Below, in pieces: positions 27,508 to 39,827 of a stretch of DNA of 64,000 bases (positions are counted from its first letter, which is position 1; the number at the start of each line of letters is the position of its first letter). A program made the position numbers and the translations under genes. The stretch covers positions 15,438,001 to 15,502,000 of the forward strand of contig OZ059894.1 of NCBI GenBank assembly GCA_964057225.1. The letters run 5' to 3'. The DNA comes from Auanema rhodensis (lineage: Eukaryota > Animalia > Nematoda). The notes beneath the pieces are model-generated. The model was not told the origin of the DNA. It saw only the letters and a list, made by a program, of their open reading frames with translations, and searched no databases.

Positions 27508-28099
27508 CTGTATTTTCATCACAAAACAAAATGTCTTTTGTTAAAGAAGAAAAATAAAATCCATTTATCAAATAGATAAAAAGATAAAAGTTAAAGTCTT
27601 TATATCTATTTTCTAGATATATCACAAAGATGAGCACCAAAAAAAAACTTCAAACAATTACCGAGAATGTGATACATGAATGAAGTGGTGATTAGTATTC
27701 TGCTTCATTATATATAGCATTTTAAAATCTTTTTTAACTATTCATAAGAAAAAATTTTTTTGTTGATTAAGCTAAAAAAGAAAAGAAGATAAAAAGATTA
27801 AGCTTATTCAACTGAATCTATAGTATTCTTTGCTTGGTCAAAAAACATTTTATTTACAATACATATAGTTAGTTTGTAATATACGTAATATAGAAATATA
27901 AAACTTTAAATATTCTTTATGAAACATCTTTCTTTTGCAGATTGCCTGGAATCTGATCTGTCGCATTTCTGATTTGACGATAGAGCTCATCGATCTATCC
28001 ACAGTTCAAACTTCCTACATTGGAAATGGAGCTACCTCTTTGCCTTGGATTCGACAACGGTCTTCAACATTGCCACTATTTTTTGTTCCTGAAGACTAA
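2659..28099 (+). CDS. Membrane-anchored OTULIN/FAM105 (OTU-fold) family protein, predicted catalytically inactive (OTULINL-like); at least 643 aa, 17 exons, 5' end not found
   Basis: Phase-consistent GT-AG exon chain: 2659-2740, 2866-2944, 4211-4342, 4390-4504, 4705-4809, 4862-4980, 5027-5175, 5224-5310, 5357-5461, 5531-5611, 5739-5828, 5954-6044, 7122-7223, 8061-8216, 24715-24813, 25465-25647, 27941-28099 (TAA). The N-terminus has a hydrophobic segment (GVLLVAGVGSYCAYRIC). The C-terminal part (RDLMVIACQQY..QRFRKLGQIDGD..VRLLPGVTWPEL..FDFLHKWK..FELLMVLEAKKVYDQKMKG..DLTIELIDLS) matches human OTULIN blocks (MDIMDYCKKEW..QKFTSIRRVRGD..VGLPPWLQDPEL..YNWIKQWK..VKFLMLNRAIELYNDKEKG..HTIQVYRLS) in the same order. 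The gene model is more certain than the family call. Confidence 0.8.
6843..6911. repeat. (CT)n microsatellite
   Basis: CT run with one interruption, intronic. Confidence 0.95.
10441..12907 (-). CDS. Small secreted cysteine-containing Ly6/uPAR (three-finger)-like protein, 133 aa, nested antisense in an intron of the OTULIN-like gene
   Basis: Exons 12907-12830, 11768-11675, 11590-11502 and 10581-10441 join in phase to give MMFVLLCLLSILAQSAALTCFESDESTGEIREVKNDEWKYCVFIPQSNQIITRVFGVGPEEDSTYVYDNTFKQGDSFYKVLTVCIYEKFDLRPLSPRFGGPEFLFRCMCNYDRCNSHQTFSGFLAGVERDNRN. It has a signal peptide, the LxCF start and the terminal CxCxxDxCN motif. A TTTCAG acceptor lies 8 nt before the ATG. Confidence 0.85.
10836..10892. 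repeat. Imperfect (GTA)n microsatellite
   Basis: Degenerate TAG/GTA run. Confidence 0.85.
11184..11216. repeat. (TA)n microsatellite
   Basis: TA run. Confidence 0.95.
14425..14838 (+). other. Candidate small spliced ORF inside the 16.5-kb intron (47 aa from ATG 14695, or 77 aa if spliced from 14425-14506)
   Basis: TTTCAG acceptor at 14681-14686, ATG at 14695, ORF MPFGLPKYQRISSENAVKNNKKEDVGATIYNEIGDDEAPTTSKKKRK, and TGA overlapping AATAAA (14838-14843). An upstream AG|GTATGG donor at 14507 is in phase with ATG 14425. No homology recognised. Confidence 0.25.
22666..22680. promoter_or_regulatory. Nuclear-receptor direct repeat DR3 (TGACCT-ggg-TGACCT)
   Basis: Two perfect AGGTCA half-sites on the minus strand are spaced by 3 nt. 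More GGGTCA half-sites occur near 22809 and 22949. Function is inferred. Confidence 0.4.
27466..27506. repeat. (TA)n microsatellite
   Basis: TA run. Confidence 0.95.
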
Positions 28100-31000
28100 T
28101 ATCATTTGACTGTTTTCGACAAAGCTGAGCAAATTCATGTCTAAGGACGCCGAAATACATACTAGGCTCGAAAAATCCATTAATCTAAACTTTAAATCCC
28201 AATTTTTTCCATCCAAAACAAAAATCAGGAATTTTCATAAGCTATTTTAGAAATCTTTGCTTTATTCTCAGATTTTGAATCAAAAAAGCATCTAATACAA
28301 TTCCCGAACATGTCTTAAAGGTCTGTCTGATTTTTCAACGGATTTTTCATTGCCTTCTACGGTTTGTCGTTCAAAGGGTTAACATAACGTTTAGCTCTGT
28401 GTCTTGGTCCCGACAATACTTTTGAATATTTCGGTTTCTTTACAACTCGGGTATAATATGTGAATATAATCATTAGGGTAGTTAATGCTAGTTTGTTAAC
28501 AGAAACTTTTTTTAATTTCAATATGTATATCTTATCTTAAATCATTTTTATCTCATTTTGAACCTGGAAAATAGTTCAAAATAAGGTTGATGATTGAACG
28601 ATAAGAGAGGCTTTATAGCCAAATTTCAATTGTTGCACCTAGACAGTTTAATCTACGCATCTCAAAAACTTGGAAATTCATTTAGTTTATATTCATCAAA
28701 ATCATTGTTTTTTCTAATCAATTATATGAAAAAATACTCAAATATGTCATCAACATGAGTCATCATAAGGCAAATATCGTGACATTTGCAGCTGAAAAAG
28801 TTGAAAAAGTCGGTTTTCTTCTTTGAATTAAAAGAACAATCTCTTTAATAAACTTTATCTAAATACCCTCAATAATTAGAAACAATTTTCGTGAGAAAAA
28901 AATGAAAATTGTTTAAGTTCAATTGAGCTTTATCAATACATTTTGTGCATTTTGAGGGGCACAAACACAATCTATAGATACAAAGAGATTCTCATCTCCT
29001 CCATTTACCAACAACCAGTACTGTTGGCAATAACATCGGAATGTTCCAAAATAAGTTTTGTCAAAGTTCATATTCCAATGATCAGGATAATTAAAGCATT
29101 AGTTATGAAAAGCTATTGATGAATATGAATTAACTACTTTGAAAAGTGAGGGAGATAGATTTCAAAGAATATCAAATATAAGCCTTATTGATACTTATAA
29201 AAATGATTTATTTTTTATTTTTTCTTTTATTGATTAATGTAAAAAACATAATTTTATAATTTTAATGAAAACTTTGTCATCTATATTATAGTAAAACATA
29301 TTGTTTTCACTTCCATCATATTCTTCATATAAACTTTTGCTCATTTTGTTTTTTTTTAATAATTTTTGAGTTGTGTAGGTTTAACATCTAATAGAGTTAT
29401 TATATTAATTATATAATTATATATACATACGTATATATATTTATATATTTTATAATTATATTTATATGAATAAAATTTTTCTTTTTTTTTTTTTTTCGAT
29501 AATATTTATATTTCATTTATATTTATCTTTTTTCCTTTTTTGCTGCTACTATGAGGAACATAAAGAAGGATATAAAAAGAAAAGTTTCAGAGTACATCAG
29601 CATTAATTCCAGATTTAATGACTGAAATATCCCGTATTACGCTTGCAACAAACAATATATCTTTCAACTTTTACAAAAATGTCTTGAATGTAGCCAAAAG
29701 CGCTACTAATTAGTTCAACATTTCGTAAAATCTTCTCTCAAAATGCTGATAAAGTTTAGCAAATGTTCCAAAGTATTAAGTAGAAAACTGAAGCCATCTA
29801 GTTCATGCTGGAAAAAAATGTCACTCTTATTGTATAAGAAGAGACAATGAACAATCACGTGCGTGTTTTAATCTTAATATCTTCATCTCGAAATGTTGCA
29901 ATAAGGAATATCCTGAAAAGATGAAAAAAAAGAATAATAATATATAATATAAGGTATTATAATAATAAAAAACAATTTCTTAAAAGGTATTAATCTATAA
30001 AAAAATTATTATTTGCATATCTGAATATGTTAAGTTCGTCAAGGGAAACGAGGCATGCCCATAAAGGACTAACCGGAAGAACAAAAATCGAAAACAGTTC
30101 TAAATTTAGGTAATAATTAAACTAATAATATTACTTTTTCATATTTTGAGATTTTTATATATATTTTGAATTGATATTATGGGAAAGTTTCTCTTCCTCA
30201 ATATATATTAGACAATTTTTATTAAGCAAGATAGATTCATGATGTGTTATTCTTAACCAATTTCTGTGAAATTTTGTCTGAAAACAGTACTTCACAAGTC
30301 AGCTGATACTAATTTTAATGTTATTTCATATATTTAAGATGAGGAAGATGTTTCATTCACTTCCTATTACGTCTTACAATAGATATAAATAGTATAAAGA
30401 ATTTTTAAAAAAGAAAATAAATACAAAAGAGAGAAAGAACTTTCAGTTTTGCTTGTATCTTTAATTGATGTTTAGCATATTTTGAAGTAAAAAAGGAAAT
30501 AAATTGAACATTAAAACTATTAATCAATATTATTATCCTACCTGGTACGTCAGACGAGAATATTTGAACTTTCAGCTGGAAATTGCCTTCTGAACAGTTT
30601 TCAATTACATCGTCGTCGTTTTCTCTTTATATTAAAATACCGAAGTAGCATCATATATATTATGGGGATGTGCAAAGTATTCTAGGTTTCTTCATAATAT
30701 TCATCGTTTGACGTCGTTGTTCCCGAAATTATTCTTTGAAATTCGTCTTTATTTGGAATGATCTTCCTCATCTCTGTTTGATCTCATTAAAGCTTTTAAG
30801 GATATTTCTTCAAGAAAAATTTAGTAAAAGGGTAGTTAAAAATATTTTTTCTTTTTATATTTTGAAGAAATAAAATGAGTAATTATTGAAATATAAAATA
30901 ATAATAATACTAATATAATTTTAATAAAATAAGAAAAGATATTTTAAAATTTATTATACTTTATTCAAATAAAAGATATTTTTAGTAACATGTAACACCT

Positions 31001-31836
31001 ACTCTTTTCTTCTTTTTTTGCTTCATTATTCACTTATTTTATTAATTTATTGTTTTAATTATACGAAAATTACTCTAGTTTATAATTCAATTACAAAACA
31101 TATTTAGTGTTCATATTTCGGTCAAAAAAAAACTATTATCACTTGAAAATCGAATTATCTATTTGAAAAATGGCCATTTACATAAAAATATTGAAGAACA
31201 TTTACCGTAACTCATACCTAAAATTCATGTGATAATTGGAATTGTTTATAACATTTACAAAATCTATTTTTAAAAATAAAATAATTTCATCAGTCTTTTC
31301 TAGGTACTATGAAACTTAGTTCAAGCATTTTCTCAGAAGGATAATACCTGGGCGGGAATGGGCCTTAGTATATGGCATAATACTGGAATTATAATGAAAA
31401 ATACCTATAGTATCTATTACAAAATTCAATTTCATTTTGTTTATAATTATAAACGTCAAATACAAAAAACATTTATATTCTGTAGTTCTAATTCAAGTGC
31501 TGTCAAAACTAAAAAATACATAAAAAGAGAAATAAATACATTAATACATGGCAATCTGATTTTGTGAGCAGATATAAGAATTTCTCTAAAATAAGAATTT
31601 GCACAGAGAAGATGTTGCACAAGAGCACGGTCCCGTCTTTTACAAACTAAAGACATACTGAGTCTTACACAAATAATCTAGATAACTAGAAATGATTTGA
31701 AATATAATAAATAAATAAATAGGAAAAATAACAATATTGTAAAACAAGAATTGAGAAAGAGCTAGAGTACAAGATTGGTTGGAAAAAGGAGAGAAAAGGA
31801 GAAGAAAGGAGAGAAAAGAGAGAGAGAGAAAGAGAA

Positions 31837-31842
<6 letters not shown>

Positions 31843-31902
<60 letters not shown>
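31843..31902. repeat. (GA)n microsatellite within a longer purine tract
   Basis: GA run downstream of the stop codon at 32033. Confidence 0.95.
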
Positions 31903-31906
<4 letters not shown>

Positions 31907-32032
31907 AAAAGAGAGAGAGAAAGGGAAGGAATGATAATCAAACTGATGCGTTTTGAGGTCAATGGATGAAATACTCTTCTTCTTAAAGAATTGCTCATTT
32001 TAGTCAAAAACTAAATTGACTATTTTAATAAA

Positions 32033-35000
32033 TTATCGCTTTCCACTGGGCTTGAAAAGATATTCGAGCTCAGGTGCTATAGTGGGCAGTAAATCCTTTG
32101 GTGGCTCAAAGTTTCTAGCGAATTTCACAAACTGAAAAGGAAATGTCAAGAAGTTGTTATCCTAATTCAACGAATTTTAAATATATAATGGTAATACTTA
32201 CCTGTTCCTTGAACAGATCTAAAGCTCCAGCCGTATTAGCCCATCGTTGAATTCGCTGAAGATTATCTAAGCCGATTGTTCGATCTACATGACCTAATAG
32301 TTTAGCTTGGGAATCCAGTTTTTGAGATCCAAGAGCAACTGTAAATGACATAACAGGGTTAATGAAATCATCGAATTATTATATAACAACAGTAATGTTA
32401 TGTAATATCAATTACCTTCCATAATATCAACCATAACAGTCTCAACTGGTGTTCCTCGTTCAAAATGTGTTATAGCTTGATTAAATCCTTCATCAGCCTT
32501 ATTCAAAACATTCAAAAGTGCAGATGGTTTTACCTAGAATGCCAAATAGGTAAACATTTTCCATAAGTTTTCAGAAAGCATAATGAAATAATGAAACATA
32601 CAGTAGTTGGTGGATTTTCAGTTGCATCCAGTACTGCTGGTCCATATGGACTTTTACCTGCAGCGGCGCCACCTGAAAAATACGAAAATAAACTCAAATA
32701 ATTGCAAAAAAAAACTGATCATGAATGCTTTTAATATATTAAATATATATGTGAACTTTTGGAATGAGTAATTATAATAAGAATAGCTTACCAAGTCCTA
32801 CAGATGGAACTGCGGGAGGTGGATTTCCACCTGGGAAGACAGGTGGTCCATATCCATCTCCAGTAGGTCCTTTGGATGGTCCCAAAGCACTTTCACCGGT
32901 AAAGTAGTCAGATTCAGCTAGAACAAAGACACAGTTAATTTAAAATAAATTAATATCCGTCTTACATAATCCTGATTCACCACCACTAGGAGCGGTTGGA
33001 GATCCTCCACCGAATCCACTTCCACCTCCTCCGAATCCGCTTCCACCACCGCCGAATCCGCTTCCTCCTCCTCCTCCGAAGTGTCCGAAATTCCCTAAAA
33101 CATTCACAAAGTTAAAAATTAATTGGTATTGTTTCAAACCGGAGCCTCCAGAGCCTGATCCAAAACCTGATCCAGTCTCTAAGAACTCCTTGGGTGGAGC
33201 AACAGGTCTAAGCCCAGAGTTTTGTGGAATAAACACATCTTCTTTAGCTGTTTCTGGATTTGGCTGCTTGCGCTGTTTTGGTCGCTTTGCCAACTTTTCA
33301 GTTTTTTTTTCTTCAGTTGGGAAATTTAAAGCATTTCCGTTATTTCCTCCAATTCCAAACCCAACATTTGCGAACTCTGGAGGCAATTCAGATGGACCAA
33401 AGCCTAATCCAGCACCTGAAATGAATAAAATCAGAAATTAATCCATTGTTTTTCTCAAGTACCAGAATCTTCTGTTTCTAATCCAGATTCTTCTTCGCTT
33501 GCTGGAGCTTCTGTTGTTGTGGTTGTGGGTTTTGGTTTAGGTTTTGGTTTTGATTTCGTTGTAGTTGTGATCGGCTGAGGCTTGGGCTTTGATGTAGTTG
33601 GGGCAAATGCTGAAACGAATTAATTCTAACTGAACGAAAAATTCTATTGTTCTTCTAATTCTGATCTGATCTACATTTTCATTTTTTAAGCAGATACATA
33701 TATCGATTTCACATACTTGGGGCAGTTTGTCCAAAACCGGACTGAGCGGCAAATCCAAATTTACTTCTGGCATTATTTTGGAAAGGAGTCAGGTTGGGAT
33801 CTTCTGGAACCTGCTCTTCGGATGCAGTTTTTTCTCCTGAACAAGTCATTTGGATTCACCAATGAAACAAAAACGAATGATACCTGGACGTCTGATATGA
33901 AGACGTGGTCTTTGGCTGAGTTTTTGAATGAACTGATAGCTCTTGTATACAGGCGTAGTACGAGAATGGTAATCTCCAGCATTAGATGCTACAGGTGGTA
34001 AGTTGGAAATGGCTGGAGAAGGTAAGCGATGATGGAAGTTATAAGAAGATTCTTCTCTTTCTTCCGAAGCTGAATTTTAGACGAAATTTTGAAGGTTGAA
34101 AAATTGAATATAGTACCTTCAACAGATCGGAGAAGGGGACCGTGAATTCTAGCTCTTTGATTGGAGTTAATAGGAACTTGTACAGTTTCCGTGATATCAA
34201 GAGTTTGAGACTCAGCTTGCTTTGAGCTAGCAATAGGAGCAGCCTTAGCAAAAGGTGCCTGAAAAACATTTTTGTAAGAAATATCTGATTATATGACTTT
34301 TAATTGGAATTCGCGAAAGTTTTTTATAATCATAGTGCAGATACGAACTTCAGGTGTCTTTTTTTGGTTTGGAACTAATCCACTTTCTCCACTGGCGTAA
34401 TCTTCAAATTCCTCTTCGTCTGATTCCTTGGATGGGATTGGTTTTTGCGGAACAGCATATGGATAACTGATTGTCTTGAAGTTAATTCCAAGTTTTTTCC
34501 AACGTGTCTAAAAAGTGTTTTTAATGAGTTTCTATTTGATTAAATATCTTTAATCAATTTTATATTTAATGATTCAATAATACCTCTAAACGCTTTTTAC
34601 GGTCCTCTTCTTCATCAGCAGATAACGGTAAAACTGGATGAGTTGCATGAATATCCCCATGCTCATAGCTATCCTAGAAACATTTAAAATATTTTTTGAA
34701 TAAAAATAATAATTAATAGTAAAGATATAATAATATATTTTATATTATTATTAACCTTTTCATAAGAAGATGCTACTGCTGAAGAAGCAACAGGTTGTGG
34801 AAGTCGATTATATAATGCTGGAGGAACTTGTGCCCTTGGTACAAATGGCTAAAACAAATAATAATTTAAATAATCCACAATACATTGAATTTGAAAGCAT
34901 ATTTCTCTACCCTATTTTCTATATTCTTTACCAAATTTGTTATTAGTTAGGTTAGAAAAGGCAATATCTAGCAATCATACAAGAAAACATAACACATATA

Positions 35001-38000
35001 ATAAATATATACATATAGTTAGTTATTTTTTGATATTAGTTAGTAGAATTATAATTTTAAAAAAACTTTTTGGCAATGAATAATATTATTTTTCAATTTT
35101 TTATTATCTCAAGAAAAAAAAGTTGAGAATAAGTGAAATGAAATGGTTCATCTTCGTTTTCTTTTCACAAAGAGGTCAATCAAACGGGCTTCTTACATCA
35201 AAACTATTTTATGAATATACATCTAAGATATATAATGTAATTTCTTCTACTTCATTTAATATTAAAACTTATTATAAATATAAACTATTCAAATTTTAAC
35301 CTACTTTCTAAAAGAAAAAAAAATAGAAAATTGTATTCATTTTTAATGGGAAAATATACTTTCAATGACTTCTTTTCATTCACGTAACTACATTCACGTT
35401 TAATTTATTTTATTTTGAAAAAGTTCGCAAATCGGTTGATTAATGAATTAAAGTATTTTTAAACAATCCACTATGTTCATCATCATCATCATCATCACTT
35501 TTCTACATAACGGAACTACAATTTTGAGGACAAGATATGAACATCCTGATACAAGAAATAGAGCTTGAAGAAATGGTTCATACTATCCATTTCTATTTAT
35601 GAAATGAAAGTTTAATCATGATTACTTGATTCTATCTTAAGATATTAATCATTTCTTTACAATACGATCAGTATATTCATATATTATATAAAGATAGATG
35701 TATATACATACATATAGTATATTCTATCTCATCCAGATTCTGCATTTGACCCTTTGATATGAATTTCTATATCAAAGAATATGTATGTAGAAGTATGATT
35801 TGACTTGTTTTTCTAATCTTTCTTCTTGTATATAGTTATATGTTTTATATTAAACTATATAGAAAGACCGGACGTAAGAATGCAGTTCCAACATATAACT
35901 GAGGTTAACTGAGTGAAAATTAACAAGAATTCAAGTAATTTCGTCTTGAAAACAAAATTTCTTTGTTTTTTCTTTTAACTCTCTTTCACCTATTCAATCG
36001 TGGAATGCTGATCGCTTTCTTGATGAGAAGCGATGACAGCCAATTCGGATCCCTCGCTTCTCCCGTAAACGATAGCGAAAACCGTATGAACCAAATTAGT
36101 GAAGGTTTCAGATGTATATAGCACAGGTAACAGCTATAGCGAAATACAGATTGTACTACGGAGATGACCAATTCCTGTTCGTAGCACATCGACTTCTCAC
36201 CTGTACGAGATGTCGAACAAACTTCCATTTTCAATCATGACTTCCAATCACAAGAACAGTAAGGGTCAGTTAAATCCGTTTCTTCTGTATCAGACCTTGT
36301 ATGCTTGGCCATTCACATCTCAGTGGGATATTCGTCAGGAAATTCTGATACATTTATCATGATTTTCGATGATGAAAAGAGAAAATTTTTTTCTCGTAAA
36401 CGCATAAAAAGCGAAATAGAAGAATGCGATTCTTTGAACATCGTCTGACCTACTACAGTTAGAAACATGAATTTCCAATGATTATCCTTACCTTCTGGAC
36501 CTATTTATCCTAAGAATGAAGAAGTCCTTTTGACGTTCGTTTCTTTTGCAGCAACATGCAGAGCTAAGGTATGATGATGAAAAGACGACACTGATGACCA
36601 AGTATTATGATACAGAAAACGCGAGCTATAGTAGCCTGTTACGGTTTTCATGATTCTGGATACGATGGCGAAAACGATTGAGTTCACACTGTCTCATGTA
36701 ATAATGTGATGACTTCTTCATTTGAAATAGGTCAATATGACCTTAGGCTTATTGTTTCAGTATGTCCGAATGAATTTCGCGTGATTTGAAGTGAAAGAAA
36801 GAGAGAATATCTGGACCGTATGTTACATCACATCTATCTGTTCATCGGCTCAGACATTATCCAGAACTTAGATGTTTCCGATGCCCTTAATATGAGAGAA
36901 TATCATACGCAAACTATGTCTTCATATTATCTAAATTCGTTTTTCTCTTTAATATCTTTTGACTAATCCTAACTCTCTCTCTCGATCACTCCCCCCCCCC
37001 CATCTAAACCTATTACTAGTCATTACCACCCAATTTTTCAATTATAACGGTACAATCTAATAATCCAATAAATGTACCGGTATAGATTCAATTCATATTT
37101 GAAAAAAAAACATTAATTTCTATTGATGTCCAAGAATCGCGAAAGAAGGGGATATATGAATAGTATTTTCTAGAATGAAGGCAGGTTAGCATTCGTTTCA
37201 AAAGGTTGCAAATATGGCGCTTCAAGTTTTCGATTAAGCTTTTTTTATCTAAAAAATCCGATCTTTTCTTTCACATGTTGAAGATAATTTGGAATGAAGC
37301 AAATAAAAAATATTTCATATTGCTATAGGAAAGAACGTTTGTTGGTGTTCGCCATGCCTTACAGAATACAAAAGGTGCGAGAAGATGAAAGCTTTATACA
37401 TATGCATACATACTCAAACTTGTTTGTGTCCCCCCCCCTCCCAGTGTATAATGCCTACTATCCTCATACAATCTGGTAACATTCTCTGCTTTCTGCTTCA
37501 ACTCACAAACATTTTTCTTGCCCAATCCCCGTTAAAAAACGTAGAAGAACTTGGACGAATAAGATAATGATGAAATGAAGAACATATATTACCTTCATTC
37601 TCGCTTTCTCTTCATCTTTATTTCAAATTCGTCTCTATGCCTTTCCTTTGCATCACTTCATCTTCGTCCTCATTTAGACATTTGTTCCGAAAGAAGAAAT
37701 ACAAGTGATGTGTGCAGTATCCCTTTCTCTAAATTCACCCCCCCCCCCTCCGTACATGTCCCTTCAATCCTTGTTCTCTAGTTGTGTTGCCGCTCCTCAT
37801 CAACCTATCAATTTACCGTTAGTGTTTCATTCCATCAATGAAAATAGATCAGAAATTGGAATAAAATGAAAGTGGAAATTACACTTAGTTTTAACCGTTT
37901 GATTGACATTGTCACCTAGAATACAGGAAACACCTTAGCGCCTTAATTGAAACAATTTCAGGAACAATGTCCATCATCTTTCAGAATGAAGTATTTTCGT

Positions 38001-39755
38001 TTTTCATTGTTGGTTAGTAAAAGTCCAGAAATTTGCTAAGCTAGGTGGCAAGAGCGAATTGAACGAGAAACTATGTCAATCCGCTGGTATAATACTTCAG
38101 AATTCTGAACATGTCTGCTCATAGGTGTAAACTGCGACGTGATCGTCGGATTAGAAATTAAATCCTCATGACTTAGAATGAACTGATTCAAAAAATTAGA
38201 GAGAGAAAACTCAAGTACGTTTAGTAGAAAAGGAAATGCGTAAGAGAGAGAGTGAGAAAGAGGAGAACGCAAAGAGTTGAAATCCAGAAGTAGACAGGAA
38301 AAAGGAAAAACATTTAATAATCATTGTGAGCGATTAAGAACGAAGAAAGAGGCCTATTGATTTTACTGCTTAATTCTAGCTGAAACACACGAACTCACCT
38401 AGGCCAATAAAGGATGCGGTTACTGTTTTGTTTTGGAAGCCTGGGGAGATAGAGAGTGAAATCTTGAAATCCTCTTAAGGCTATTATTTTGGTGAGAAGA
38501 AATTCAAGCGGATTTTGCAACTTCAAGGTGTGAGAGGATGACCGAAAGCGAACTGTCCTCTTAGGACTAGTTACACATGTAATGAACACGAAATGTGATT
38601 CATACGTCGTGTGAAAACTTATACAAAACCACCAAACTAACCGGGAATTCTCTGATGTCCTCACGATATGCTTCTTGTCTTCGTACATTATGATGAACGG
38701 AGTGCAAACCTTCTGATTGAGTTGTCTGGAGAGGATGTATCACCTATAAGAGTTAAAGATTCGTCTTTAAATCTCAAAACTTCTATTGGGTCTCCAGATT
38801 CACATTTGCTTTTTTGTCTGTTTTGTCATCAATATTCACGAACAGTCACAAGACAAAGGAAAAAGAATTTTCGTTCGAATGTCCAATCTACCTGCAGTCG
38901 CCGGATTCCATGTAGACGTCGATATGAAGGTATATTGGCGAATGAACGATGATCAAATGTTTGGAACTCCTGAAGACAACTGTGTTGTTGAGAAAATCCA
39001 CATTCTTCTCTATATGAGAGAAGAAAAATGGAAAGATATAGGATAGGATAGAAGCTATTTGGCACAGGTTACTCGTTCAGTCTTTCCAGATTTTCATTTT
39101 TTTTTGTTTGAGTTTGGTTGGTATGGGTTGATGTTCATCTTGATGTTCATTCTAATAATTGATGATTTGTTTTTTGATTTTCATCCGCCGGAAACTGAAT
39201 ATTTGAGTTGAAGCTTGGTGTTTTGATTGATTGCATTTGATTTCTTATGCTTCTTTGATTAAAGCTTTTCCTCCGTACTTGAAGCAAGCTTGCTTGTTCT
39301 ATAACAGGGATTGACCAAAATGACAGAAGGATGATCACTGAATAAGATGACAAGAGGGAATGAGAGAACACTCTATTAGAGAAAGAGGAGAGATCGAACC
39401 TGATTTTCATAAACGAGAAAACTGGTTCTTTATTATGTATCCAACTAAGTTGTTAGTTCATATCCAGCTTGTGACGTCAAACAAACATTATTGCTCATCG
39501 TTTACGGGAATGTTTAGAATATTCGATCAAGAGATAAGTTGGCAAAAATCAAGAATACAATAAAGAGAAATGAGAAGCGTCTGAAGTATGTTCTTGAAAA
39601 CATCAAAAGATTTATATAAGTCCTTGTTGCTGACCACAATGAAGCTTCTATTTTGATTTCGCATATTGGCAAGATTTTTGATTCACTGTTTAAAAGTTTG
39701 AATTATACAGTTATCAGTAACACTTCCTCAATGTTTTTCTATTTCTTTCTTTCTT

Positions 39756-39827
<72 letters not shown>

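Noticed and set aside
29855-31372. Minus-strand donor/acceptor pairs suggesting a spliced gene
   Set aside because: The frames I tried stop within about 30 codons, so no coherent model results.
38395-39065. Four overlapping 78-97 aa ORFs in intron 1 of the secreted gene
   Set aside because: No consistent exon chain or protein-like features.
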